Source: the human T2T-CHM13v2.0 reference genome, Homo sapiens. Taken from it: DNA of 64,000 bases. The notes under the pieces are model-generated. The model was given only the letters and a program-made list of their open reading frames with translations, searched no databases and was not told the origin of the DNA. Location: assembly GCF_009914755.1 (NCBI RefSeq), contig NC_060933.1; one strand, 5' to 3'. The translations under genes were made by a program, and so were the position numbers. Positions 44,021 through 56,776 of this stretch are shown piece after piece; position 1 is the first letter of the stretch, and the number at the start of each line of letters is the position of its first letter.

Positions 44021-45612
44021 CTGGGGGTTTGGGCAGAAGAATATGACCTAACTTTTATGTTTTAATGAGATTTCTTTACATATTGTGTGAAAATAATGTC
44101 ATATCATACTATATGGGAAATTTTTCATTATTTTAAGACCTTTAAATTCAGGTTTTGTTTCTATAAAAATGGTATTTTTTCAAGTTCCAGGAATTACCTT
44201 GACAATCAAAATGTTCTCCTGTGAGCACATTTCAGAGAATATCCATTCATCCACTAAAATGAAATTCTCACTTAAACTTTCTATTATCATGACATTTTAG
44301 AGATAAGAATTTAGTTTTACAGATTCCAAAACTAATAACATAATTACAAAAAGACAAAATCAGAATAACTGCAACATAGTTGTAAATGTATATAATCCCC
44401 CAAATGACTTGGAAATGTTGATATATGTTACACATTTGAGGGAATTTGGCTGATGTTTTTAAAAATTTCTTTTTTGTTTTGTATGTGAATAAAAATAGCA
44501 CAGACCCAAGAACAACCACATGGTGCCATGAGAGAACAGAAGTCACAAAGCACACAATTAACAAAACAGTATCAAGTCAATACAAATCAGTTAATTTTGC
44601 TAATGACTGTCATGCATGGTAAAAATAGACAACAAGCTCCCTTCTGGCAGAATTAACAAGCACACTACCTAATATGGAACATAGAAATTATAGTAAATAG
44701 GAGATGAGAAAAGAACAAGAAGAGAAGTAATGAGGAAGAGGTGGAGGAGAGAACTCATTTACCATAGCTTATACACAGACCCCATCGTTTAGTTCATCAG
44801 TAACATCGAGACTGCGATGTGATGGAAGAAAACTGCAAAAAAACAACTGCTCAACACACACATCCCGGCAGGGTCCAAAATTAGGTCACAGCAATCCCAA
44901 ACAAACACCTTACTGAGAAAAAAAAAAAAAAAAGGGAAACCTATTGACAACTATTCTATAAAACTCTTATCCAGGTAGTTATTAAGGAGTCAGTTTGTAT
45001 TTTCAAGTCTTGTCTTGAAAGCCCTAGTTTTACTTTGTTTTCTCTTATGAACTACTTGGATTCCTTCTCTTTAAAAATATCAAAACAAATATCTTTGGTG
45101 TTTTCAAGAAAAAAAAAATGTTCTTCCAAATGAAGAGCACATTTTTATTCCTTTTTAAAAATGTATTGACTTTCATATAATTGTATTTTTGCTTATTCTG
45201 GGGGAAAAATTCTAATTATTTCAATCAGCTTTTCTCTCACTGGTAGCAGAAAAACCCATAGCTATTTCACATCAGGTTAAGGCAGTAATGTTCAGCTAAA
45301 GATTAACATTTATCAACCTCCTCCATGACTGCCCCCCAAATTGCCATATAAATACATATTCTTTTGCCAAATATATCATATTCATTTTCAAATATTTCAA
45401 ACATTTGCAGCCCCTACTGTGGGCTGCAGATCCAGGGACAGATACAACCAAGTTTCTGCCATCAGCTTAGTAATCCATTGTGGGAGACAAGCATATAGAT
45501 ACATATAAAAATACCTAATTCAGTTTAACATTTACTTACCCAAAACACCTTCCAGAACCCGCGGATTAGGTGGTTTCTCTTATGTAACACTGCTAATTTT
45601 ATGGAATTGAAA

Positions 45613-45912
45613 GTCATTCACTCATTCATACAATAAATAATTCTGGGGTGCTACTTAGTAATATGCCAGGCATTTTTCTAATTACTGGGGGTGCCTAAGA
45701 TAAAAAACAAATCTACTGCCTTCATTGAGCTTACCTTCTGTTGCTGGGGAGAGAAAAGCAATAAACAGATTATATAATCTCTGATATACTAGTTGTTATG
45801 AAGAAAACCAAACAGGGCAAGGGAATAGAGAGTCATTGGTGATTGCTGTAGATAGATAAATTACAAAAGCCCCATTTACAAAAGTGACATTATTCAAAGA
45901 TCTGAAAAAAAT
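45613..45912 (-). mobile_element. L2 3' fragment
   Basis: TCATTCACTCATTCA..TATGCCAGGCA..CTGCCTTCATTGAGCTTAC. Confidence 0.65.
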
Positions 45913-46344
45913 TATATTAGTTTTCTAATGTTACTGTAACAAATTACCACACAGTGACTTAAAACAACACAAAGTTATTATCTGATAGGTCACAAGTCTG
46001 ACATGGGTATCAGTGGACTAAAATCAAGATATCGGTAGGGCTGTATTGAGGTCCTCGAGGAAAAATAGGTCTCTTTGCCTTTTCCACCTCTAGAGGTTGT
46101 CCACATTCTTTGGTATATGGTGTCTGTTACCCATCTTTAAAGCCAGTGAGTCAAGTTTCTTCTCACATTTCTCTTATTCTTATTCCAGCATCACATCTTT
46201 ATATGCCATTCTCCCCTTTTCAAAGTCCTTAATGTTAATCACATCCCCAAAATTCCTTTTGCCATGTGTAGTAAAATATTCACAGGGTCCAGGAATTAGA
46301 CCATGAGCGTCTTTGGTGTGGGCTGTATTATTATGTCTATGACA
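45913..46344 (-). mobile_element. MaLR solo LTR (MLT1C/D-like)
   Basis: TATTAGTTTTCTA..CTGTAACAAATTACCAC..GACTTAAAACAACAC..CCTTTTGCCATGT..ATTCACAGG. Flanks AAAAT / GAAAT. Confidence 0.8.
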
Positions 46345-47179
46345 GAAATAAAGTGATATATATAAAAATCTAGGGGCAGATACTCAAGTCAGAATAGTAG
46401 GCAAATGCAAAGACATTGAAGGAAAAATTGATATAATAGCAGATTTAGTTCCTGATTCTAAGTAAGCCCACATTGAACATTATTTGGCCAATAAATAAAT
46501 GAATGAGATGTGTTGCCCACAGTAGTAATCAATGCATTTTCTGTTGTCTCCCTTCTGCCCTTTTTCTGTGTTCTCATCCTTCCTCTCTCTTCTCTCTCCC
46601 TCTCTCCCTCCCACTCTGTTAGAAACAAGGGTGCTATAAACACTTAAAAATCAAATGCTTGGGGAATGCCAGTGATGTCCTTGGGATAGAGGCACAGTTG
46701 TTTGAAAATATTACAGGATTCACTTTAATGTCAAGAAATCAGCTCTAGTCTAATGATGCTTCACGATGCATGTCTTGCCAGTTTTTAGGTTATGATTTGG
46801 CCAGAAGAAGTGCTGCAAAAACATATAGAAGATTATTTGCTATTCTTTTGATCTACTTCCATATGGTTTGTAAAATTCACACTTGGATTGATTGGTTCCC
46901 CCAAGAATTTTCAATTTTATCAGATGAAGCTATACCCTGTAGCCCTTGTCATGCTTGTCAAGACCACACACCAAATATGAAGACAATGTTACTACTTATC
47001 CCTTCCAATTTCTCATAAGAATGTCAAATATCTTACTTCATATTCAACTTTCACTAACAGTCACTGAATTACTATTAAATCTGGTTTCTGCACATTATTT
47101 TATCTAATTCCTACATCTACCTATTAATAGGAGTTAAATTCTTTTTTATGCACTGTAGAAAATCAAGTATAGAAGGGTC

Positions 47180-47900
47180 AACAAAACAAGATACACAAGA
47201 TGGATATAATAAGCTACTGCTTACAAAAGGAAAGAATACAAATATGTGTCTTGCGTGGGGTAGGCATTGCTTATTTGTTTTTAAAGTAGGAAAAACTGAA
47301 GTCAAAAATGTAAATGGTTTTCTATTGAGGACAAACTAGTTCCATACAGAGGAGAACAGATAGCTGGATTTTGAAAAGAAGAATTTAGACTTCTCTAAAT
47401 TTAATTATTTGTAGATTTGACTCTGGAACCATATAAACCTTTCAAATAATTTTAAAGCCAAGCTAAGTATATAAAATAATCTATAAAATAATAGCACAGT
47501 TAAATAAATAAACCTATCTTTCAAGCTACTGGCATGACTACATAGAAAGAAGTTATTTCAAATGATTTTAAGACATGGTAATTTGACTGTACATTCTGAG
47601 AATGAAAATAATAGAATAAAAACTATTAAACTCTTTTTAGTATTTATATTATAGACGGTAGTGTTAGTACTATTATTCTGAAAAGGTTATGTGTGCAAAG
47701 TGAAATAAAGTGAATGAATAATTATGATGTGTTGCTGGGTTCTTGGATTTCTCACCCTGGAAGAAAGCTGTACAGAACTGGGGAGATTAAATGGAAATCC
47801 ATGATCCTGAATTTGAATGGGAGTCACCAGTATGAACTCATGTCCTATTTTTTTTTTCTTTAAACAACAAGAAAGCTTACATTAGCTCTGTCTAGAGAAG
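47180..47900 (+). mobile_element. L1MC4/5-like 3' region fragment
   Basis: TTATTTCAAATGA..GTAATTTGACTGTACAT..TCCTGAATTTGAA..CAGTATGAACTCATG. Confidence 0.5.
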
Positions 47901-48290
47901 ATCAGTGGAACACATGCCACTTTTGGTTTCTAGCAAATGCTTAATAAATGCAAGATATTATTCTCTCAGTTTTGAGTTGTATTGCTAAAATATCTTACTG
48001 AGAAAGAGGAGCTAAAATTCAAGCATAACTAGCTGCTGTAAAAATATCACTTATGCTTGAACTCTTCGATTAAGAGTACTTTAACTCAAAGTATATTAAT
48101 ACTAAACAAACAGAAACAATAATCTTCATGAAAAGAATGAATTCTCCTTCATCCGTAGCAGTAGGTTCTGGGACCGGACAGTGAGGTTTATCAGGAAATC
48201 TAATTTTAGCCAATAAAATTTTTACATTCTATATGTAGGCATTTTCTAAGAACTATGAGCAAGTAGTCAACTTATTTTTATTTTCGTCTT

Positions 48291-48589
48291 CTTTTTTTTT
48301 TTTTTTTAAGACAGGGTCTCACTCTGTTGCCCAGGCTGGAGTGCAGTGGCATGATCTCGGCTCGCTGCAACCTTGACCTCCCAGGCTCAAGGAACTCTCC
48401 CACCTCAGCCTCCTGAGTAAATGGGTCTACAGGCATGTGCCACCATGGACATCTAATTTTTGTATTCTTTGTAGAGATGGGGTTTCACGCTATTGCCCAG
48501 GCTGATCTCAAACTCCTCAACTCAAGTGATCCATTCACCTCAGCCTCCCAAAGTGATGAGATTACTGGCGTAAGCCGACATGTCTGGCC
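48291..48589 (-). mobile_element. AluJ
   Basis: AGACAGGGTCTCACTCTG..CCCAGGCTCAAG..TGCCCAGGCTG..CTCAAGTGATCC. TSD TTATTTTCGTCTT / TTACTTTCATCTT. Confidence 0.93.
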
Positions 48590-49999
48590 TTACTTTCATC
48601 TTTAATTCTCTTTCGCACTGTCAAATAGAAGTGATCATGCAAATTTCCAAGTCCAAATAGAGCTCTTCATGAGAGAGAAAGATAATTGCCTACCAGTAAG
48701 GCTGTCCAAACTAGTTTAATACTATTCCTTGTCAGACCACAAGATGAGTATCAAATAATCACCATGTCTTAGGATCACATCTTTCTTGTTCTGATTTTCT
48801 TTTATCCTGATCTCATTCTTGCTATCTTTATTTTCTCATCTCATCTCTGAAACCTTAAACTGAAACTTTCCATTGTCTCACTGGAAATGACATAGTGCAT
48901 GAAGCCATGTACGAGCTACATTGATAGCTTGATTCTCAGTTATTTCAGAAGATTTGGCTGGATTTTGTTTAAATCACTAGTCTTCATGTTTCTTATGGAA
49001 CTATGTTTACTTCTCACCACAGCCAATGTGGTGAGAAGTTCATTAAAATGTGTTCAATGTCTATTTTTGTGGAGAAAGTTTTAAAGTACTTGCCTTAAAC
49101 TTTTGGAAAGTATATCAGCATTTCTGTGTGAATATACTTGTGTGTGTATATATATATATGTATATGAAGGCACAGTGTATAGGAGACAGGCAGAGGGATG
49201 AGTGCACATTAAAAATATGTAGACATGAATTCTAGCCTTGATGCCATTCATAACTTTGCAATGTAGTTTTGGGCAAGCATTGCATCTCATTGTCCTCCCT
49301 TTTTAAATGCTTACTATGTGGTAGGAGCAGAATGGGAACGGTTAACAGAATGACTAACATATACTATTTGCCCTTAAAGAACTCCTAATCTACATAGTCT
49401 ACTGACAAAATAAACTGGTAAATCCATAGTCATGGGGAAAATTAGCACATATGCATCTGTGCCCTGCATTCATAATATAATTCAAATACAATAACAACTC
49501 AATGACATGTGTACTATTACTATTTGCATATTGTAAACAAAATGACTAAAACATACATTTTAATGACTTTTCCAAAGTCCACTAGTTAATAAATGCAGTG
49601 ATTCAAAGTTAGGACTGTTTGACACCAGAGGGCCACTTTTAAACATCATGCCATACTGCCTCACTTATCCACTACAATATTATAGCAATGATAGAGGTAA
49701 CAAAGAGTGCTAGACTTTTCTTTTTGGTTCCTTTGGTCCAGAAACTGAAGAGAATAGTTCTTTTAGGGAAAGGTGAAGTGACATTTGAACTTGGCATGAA
49801 AATGTAGATTGCCACTTGAGGAAGGAATTGATAATAAGACTTAGGCAAAGAAAAGGGAAAAGGAAGTTCAGAGAAAGATGGTATTACTGTAGCTAGGATT
49901 TAGAATATTCAGGCTAGTCTGGTGAACATGAAGAAAGAATCCTAGATATAAGGAAAGAAGTATCAGATTGGGGGAGGATTCTAAAGAATCATATATAGT

Positions 50000-50142
50000 A
50001 GTGCTTCTCAAATTTTAAAGTGCATGAGAGTTACTTGAGGTGTTCATTCCAATGAAAATTCTGACTAGAAAAGTCTGGGGAAAAGCCTGATAGTCTGCAT
50101 TTCTAACAAGCACACAAGTAATGATGCTCATATTTTGAGCAT
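50000..50142. mobile_element. MER5-like hAT-Charlie MITE
   Basis: AGTGCTTCTCAAATTTT..GATAGTCTGCATTTCTAACAAGC. Confidence 0.65.
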
Positions 50143-51309
50143 CAAAATTATATACCATACAAAGAAACATGGATTTGTTCAAATATTGAATATGCAATTG
50201 AATTTTTATGGGCAAGGGAGGAATATGGTCAGGTTTCTATTTATTTCAAAAATAAACAATAATTTTTGCATCACTGCTCAGGGTGACTTTCCTACCTTCT
50301 ATACAGAAATGCATAGGGCCAAATAAGATATACTAGGCTTTGAAATTATTTATTGCCAAAATATACTAGATATTATTAGTTAGGATGTTCACCTTTCCTT
50401 GATATATAATCTTTTCAATATACACTAAAAGATAGATAGGTCTTCAATGATTCTAAGTGAAGTACAAGATACTAAATTGATTCACACCCTTGTATAATAT
50501 TTTTAGTTGCCAATAAACATGATTGGATGATTTTATGCATTGATGGAGGTCTACTATTGGTTTGCCAAATGGGACAAATTTAAGCTTGTGAAGGAAAAGA
50601 AGATTGTTGTGCCTGCCAAATGGTTTAGACACAGCAAGCAGAGACTTAACCACTCAGCAGGGTCTCCATCCAATATCTACGACTGCTGTGTGTGTGTATG
50701 TCCTGCACTTCAAAGAAGCCAGTTTCGAACAAGAGCCCTTGAGATTCATAATCAGTAACTCCCACAGGCTTTACAGAGATATGCACCATTTGGTTTAAAG
50801 GCATAGCAGTAGCATAGTTGTAATAGGACAGCATATTTCTTTTCCCCAAAGGGTGGTGAGTCAAGGAAATATATATTAATTATTATTAGAATACATACAA
50901 GACCCCTCATCAAGATCTAAAAGGGACTTCAAAAATATATGACTGCTGCCATTTACAAATTGGTCACTTGATGCACACAAAATATTTGCTCCAAATCACA
51001 GATTTTAACATGGAGGGTTGGGTATAAAAGACTGCTCTTTACATTCCTAGGAATTTAGCTTCCTTGAGGATAGAAGTAACACTGTGATTTCTCCTGTGAT
51101 ATGATTTTTAATTCCAAATGCTTAATGGATATTTCCTCTTTGATATCTCTCTCTTCTGAACTCACGTTCTCGTGCTTTCACGTCCTGAATTTAACTTGTT
51201 AGACTTCTCATTACACAAAACCAAACATGTTCTCTTTCTTTTATATCCTTTCTCTGATTGCAACATAAAACGCATCGAGCTGCCCAAAGCCAAAAAACTC
51301 AAAGTAAGC

Positions 51310-52695
51310 CCTGACCTACAAATGCATGAATCTGATCCTAATTGGCATACAAATTAGAAAATTGAGCTAATGTGCATACCTCCACACAGCTTCCAAGCTG
51401 AATTCTGGGTGCCACACATGGGGGACCGATCTATGTAGCAGGGCAAACTTTAACCATTGAGCTAACATTTAAACATAGCCCATGTAGTTGAGTTGAACAT
51501 TCTGGTCTCAACCAAAACATGACAACTGCCTGCAAAAATATCAACATTATCCACAGGATTTAAAAAGAACCCAGAGTCTCATAATATAATATTCAAAATG
51601 TCTAGGATATAATTCAAAATTACTCAGCAGAATAAAAAGAATCATGAAAATCTCAACTTACTTACATGTCAAAAGATGATAACCAACCAATACATGCCAA
51701 TGACGAAGTGATACAGATGTTGGAATTATCTAATAAAGACTTTCAGGCAGCTTTTTAAGAAATGTTGAGCGAGCAACTTTGGAACAAACTTACTTAGAAT
51801 GTAATAGCAAAAATATAATATAAAGAAAGCTCAAATGGCAAGTCACCAACTGAAAAATACAATAACCAAAATAGAAAATTCACTGGAAGAACACAATAGC
51901 AAAATAAAGATAATAATCTGTGAATGTGAAGATACATCAATAAACCTGATTGAATCTGAACAAAGAAAATACTGATTTTAAGAAATAAACAGAACATCAG
52001 GAAACTATTGAATAATATGGTCTAAAATTTGTGTCATTAGGGTTCCAGAAAGAGAGAAATAAAAAGAGCATAGTTCTAAAAAAAACTTTTGAAGAAATGA
52101 TGGCTGAAAACTTACTAATTTTGGCAAATACATAAACTTATAGGTCCAATTGGTTCAGGAACTGTAAACAGAATAGCCCCAAAGAAAGTAATGCCTAGAC
52201 ATATCATAATAAATGTAGTGAACACAAAAAACAACAAAATCTTGAAAGCATCCAGAAAAAATGACATGTTACCAATGGGAAAATAATGATTCAAATAACC
52301 GTATATATTTTCATGGAGACTAGAAGGAAATGGCACAATATTTTGAAAGTGTTGAAAGAAAATAATTGTCACCTCATAATTCTTTATCCTGAAAATATCC
52401 TTCAGGACGAAAGTGAAATAACATTCTGAGATGGAGTAAAACTAAAATAATTTGTGGCTATCACACCTATTTTAAGAGAATTGCCAAAGAAAATTAATTA
52501 TTTAGAGAATAAGGAAAATATACCAGAAAGACACTTGGAAAATCAGGAATAAAGAGCAACAGAATTAGGAAATACCTGGGTAAATTTAATAGACCATTTT
52601 TCTCTTGAGTTCTCTAAAATACATTTGACAGTTGAAAGCAAGATATTTAGCATTAGCTGATGGAGTTACAGAGATGTAACATAAGACAATTACAG
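51310..52695 (+). mobile_element. Ancient L1M 5'/ORF1 region
   Basis: AATATTCAAAATGTCTAGGATA..CAGATGTTGGAATTATC..GAAGAAATGATGGCTGAAAA..TCTTGAAAGCATCCAGA is an ORF1 remnant. Confidence 0.7.
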
Positions 52696-54729
52696 GCTCG
52701 TGACATCAGCAAGGTGAAATATGAAGCCTTCATCTTGTATCCCCACATAGTAACCATAATTTAACAGCCATCATGGGAAAAAAGTGCCTTTGTAGGAGCT
52801 TTAGGATCCAGGTAGGAGGTTGCAAAAACCCAGTGGAGCCCAAGACTGAGGAAGGTCATTTTGAGAAGGCAGGACCAAGCCTAAGTGACAGGCTTTTTGA
52901 CTATGTCCTGGAAACAGACCCAGAAATAGTCCTGTCTTCCTGTGGACTCTATGGCTTCATTTGGCATTGATGCTTCCACCAGTGCATGCCACTAAGGGGA
53001 CTGAGAGAAGTCACACCCATTGTACCTCAGATAACAGAAGGTCCTGACTGTGGACCCTGAGGTGGCCCAGTAATTTGGCTTCAGGTCCAGGAACAGTCCT
53101 GCCTGTCCAGGGAGCCCCAAGGGGATCTGACTGCAGATCCTGAAGCAGCCCCCTGTGATTCAGTATTAGCCCCTTTTAGTCATGGTCCAGGGTCAATGCT
53201 GCCTGCCCAGGAACCTTCCCAGTGAATTGGCAGGAACCCTCCCAGGGATCTGGCAGTAGCCACACTATCTGTACATGTGATAACAGGCCGGCTATCTGTG
53301 GGCTCAACTGCACACCCTGAAGTGTGCCTATCAAGTGTTACATATCATTTCTACTGACCAAGGTGCAAAAGGCAGGCTGGTCCTTCCAGAAATAAGACAT
53401 AATTGACACTCACCCAAGCCCCTGGTCACAACCACAGACCCCTCTGCCTGCCCTGCGATAGCCACATAATTAGCTGTAACCCTATTTGACTACAATCCCT
53501 GCAGTAATCCCATCAGCCCAGACACTCAACATGAGAAGGCCTTTACTTGCCAAAAGCAAGCTATAAAATCTGGAAGATGTGTTATCTCCTCCAAATGCAA
53601 AATTGAAACACCAATGCAAGGCTACATGGATCACAAAGAAATTGGCAAAACTGACACTACCAAAGAAAACAAAGACCCAGTAACCAACCCTAAAGAAATA
53701 AAGATGTATGAATCGACTAAGAAATAATTCAAAATAATCATCCTACAGAAGCTGAGTGCAACACAAGAGACACAGATAAAAACAACTAAACCAAATCTAG
53801 AAAACAATGAATGAACAAAATGAGAAAATTAATAATGAAACAGAAACCATAGAAAGGAAATAAACAGAAATCTGTGAGAGGGAGAATACCATGCCAGAAC
53901 TAAAAACATTTAATGGTGAACTTCGACAGCAGACTTTAACATGCTAAAGAATGAATACACAAACTCAAAGACAGGTCATTGAAAATACCCAGTTAGAGTA
54001 ACAAAAAGAAAAAAAAATTAAAAGCAGTGAAGAAAGCACATAGGACCTTTGGGATATCCTCAAACAAATATATACATTATGAAAGTTAAAGAAAGAGAAG
54101 AGGGAGATAAAGGTAAGGAAAGCTTATTAAAAAGAAAATAATAATGGCTGAAAACTTCTCAAATCTTGAAAGGAATAGACACATCCAGATTTTTGAAGCT
54201 CAAAGGACTGCAAGCAACATTATCCCAGGACACATTATAATCAAATTGTCAAAAGACAAAGAGGAAATTTTGAAAGCAGCGAGAGCAAAGCAATTCATTA
54301 CACACAAGGGAACACCCTTAAGTCTACGAGTGGATTTCTCTATAGAAACCTTGTAGGTCAGGAGGGACTGAGACGATATTTTCACAGTGCTGAAAGAAGA
54401 GAAAATGCCCGCCAATAATAATGTTGGCTTTTTGTATAAAATTGTGTTTCAGATATGAAGGAAAGATAAGTCCATTCCCTGAAAAACAAAAACTAAGGAA
54501 GTTTATCATCACTAGGGCTACCTTACAAAAAACATTAAAAGGCAGTCTTCAAATTGAATGAAACCAACAAATGCTAAATGATAACATAAAAATATATGAG
54601 AGTATAAAATTCATTGGTAAAGTTAAATATGTAGTTAAATTCAGAATACTTTAATAGCATAATGGTGGGTCTTATTTTTAAATCCAGTAAAAAACATTAA
54701 AGGCAAAATTATTAAAAATAATAGCTACA

Positions 54730-55065
54730 TGTGACACTCTGCATGTGTCCCCAAAACTTCATATGTTAAAATTTAATCATCTATGTGATAGTGTTAACAA
54801 GCTGGACTTTTTAGGATAGCTCTGCCCTCATGAATGAAATTATGGCCGTTATAAAAAGAGGCTGAAGAAATGTGTGCCCCGTTAAACATGTGAGCACATA
54901 TAGAAGGCACCATCTATGAGCAACAGGCCCTCACCAGACACCAAATATGCTACCATCTTAATCTTGAAATTCCTAGCCTCCATAACTGTGAGCAATAAAT
55001 TTCTGTTGCTTATAACTTATCCTGTATAAGGTATTTTGTTATAGCAGCCCAAAGAGACTAAGACA
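54730..55065 (+). mobile_element. MaLR solo LTR (MSTC/MSTD/MLT1A-like)
   Basis: TG..CA termini, GGCCCTCACCAGACACC, AATAAATTTCTGTTG, TTTTGTTATAGCAGCCC..GACTAAGACA. TSD CTACA / CTATA. Confidence 0.88.
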
Positions 55066-55086
55066 CTATAATAATTTGTTAATGGA

Positions 55087-56357
55087 GTCTCTTAGTCCAT
55101 TTGGGCTACTATAGCAGAATATTATCCCATACTGGGTAATTTATGAAGAATAGAAATTTATTGTTCACAGTTTTGGAGTCTGGAAAGCCCAAGATTGAGA
55201 TTCCTGCATTTAGTGAAGGCTGCTCTCCACTTTCAGGATAGCATGTTGTGTGTCCTCTGGAGGTGAGGAACACTGTTTGCTCACAAGGCAGAAGGCAGAA
55301 GGGCAAAAAGGTGCAAACTGACTCTGTAACTCTGTCAAGTTATTTTTTACAAGAGCGCCTAATCCCTAATTCCTCAATCTCCTACCAAAGTCCACAACTC
55401 CCGATACTGACACATCAAGGATTGAATTGCAACATAAATTTTAGAAGGCAAAAAAAAAAAACCCTCAAGTAATAGTATTCTGTCACTGCCCCCACCCCCA
55501 AAACTAATTTTCTTCTCACATACAAAATACATTAATTCCATCCAAATAGCCCCAAGTCTTCACTCATTCCAGCACTAAATTTAAAGTCTATTGTCTCATC
55601 TAAATCATATATGAGTGAAACTCAAGGCACAATACATCCTGAGGCAAATTTCCCTTCAGCTGCGAGACTGTGAAATCAAACAAGTGCTTCCAAAATACAA
55701 TGGTGGGACAGGCAGAGGGTAGGCAGTCCCATTCCAAATGAGAAATGGGTAAGAAGAAAGGAATAATAAATTCCTATAAGTCCACACCGAGCAGGGCAAA
55801 CAATATTAAGCCTTGAAGCTTGAGAATAGCCTTGACTACATCTCACCTTCCAGACACAACTGGGCAGGGATTGGGACCCCAAAGCCCAGGGTAGCCTTGT
55901 CCCTATAGCTTTTCTAGGCTCAGCCTATAATGCTCTTATTGTTTGGAGCTGGATCGCTGAAGCTCTACCAGGCTGTCATGGCATAGCATGCTGGAGGCTT
56001 TGAAGTTCTGGAGTTTCATGGGCAGCTGTGTACCCACAACTCCAGTAAGCACTGTTCTAGTGAAAGCTATCTGTGAAAGCTCCACCCCTGTGACAGGGTT
56101 CTGCAGTGGTTCCAAAACTCTCCAAGAAATCCTTTGGGAACGTAGCTGGAGGAAGCCATGACTCCACAATTTGTGCAGTTTATATGTCTGCAGAATTAGC
56201 ACCATGTACACCAAGGCTTACCACCTGTTCTCACTGGAGCAGCAGCTTGAGCCTCACCTTAGCCACTTGAGTCACAACTGAGGTGGCCAAGGAGTGCTGA
56301 ATTGGAATGCAGGAAGCAGAGACCTAAAGCAGCCTCGAGCAGTCAGACCTGGGGTCT
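55087..56357 (-). mobile_element. MST-type MaLR 3' LTR (about 55087-55478) plus truncated internal region
   Basis: TCTTAGTCCATTTGGGCT..AGAAATTTATTG..CACAGTTTTGGAG is the LTR in antisense. TTCTCACATACAAAATACA..CTCAAGGCACAATACATCCTGAGGCAAATT is MST-int. Confidence 0.82.
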
Positions 56358-56727
56358 CACAAAACAGTCAGAAAACAACAAAATGGAAATAGTAAGTACT
56401 CACCAATCAACAATTAAATGTAAATGGATTAAATTCTCAATCAAAAGTTACAAAGTGGCTGAATGGATAAAAAGCCAAGATACAACAATATTCTTCCTAC
56501 AAAAGACTCACTTTAGCTTTAAGAACATACATAGAGTAAAAGTGAGGGGATGGAAAAAATATTCCCTGCAAATGATAACCAAAAGAGACCAGTGGTGGCT
56601 GCATTTAAAACAATTAAACCTTTAATCAAAAACTTGTCACAAAGACAAATAAGGTCACTATATAATAAAGGGGTCATTGTATCCACCAAGAGGATACAAT
56701 GATATACACACGGAATGGATACAATGA

Positions 56728-56776
56728 TACACACACACACCCACGCACACGCACACACACACATAGACACACACAT
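56728..56776. repeat. Imperfect (CA)n microsatellite inside L1
   Basis: Read directly. It is preceded by a duplicated GGATACAATGATA. Confidence 0.85.

Noticed and set aside
44803-44820. Iron-responsive element
   Set aside because: The loop is CAGUCU rather than CAGUGN, and the C-bulge geometry does not fit.
44815-44935. Retroposed C/D snoRNA with A-tail
   Set aside because: The C box is imperfect (GTGATGG), and I see no terminal stem or TSD.
50453-50864. Overlapping short ORFs and an AP-1 motif (50857-50863) in unique DNA
   Set aside because: There is no recognisable homology or coherent exon structure, and a single 7-mer is expected by chance.
52700-53560. GC-richer segment as a gene promoter or CpG island
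   Set aside because: It is CpG-depleted and lies directly upstream of an L1 ORF1 remnant, so it is an old L1 5' UTR.
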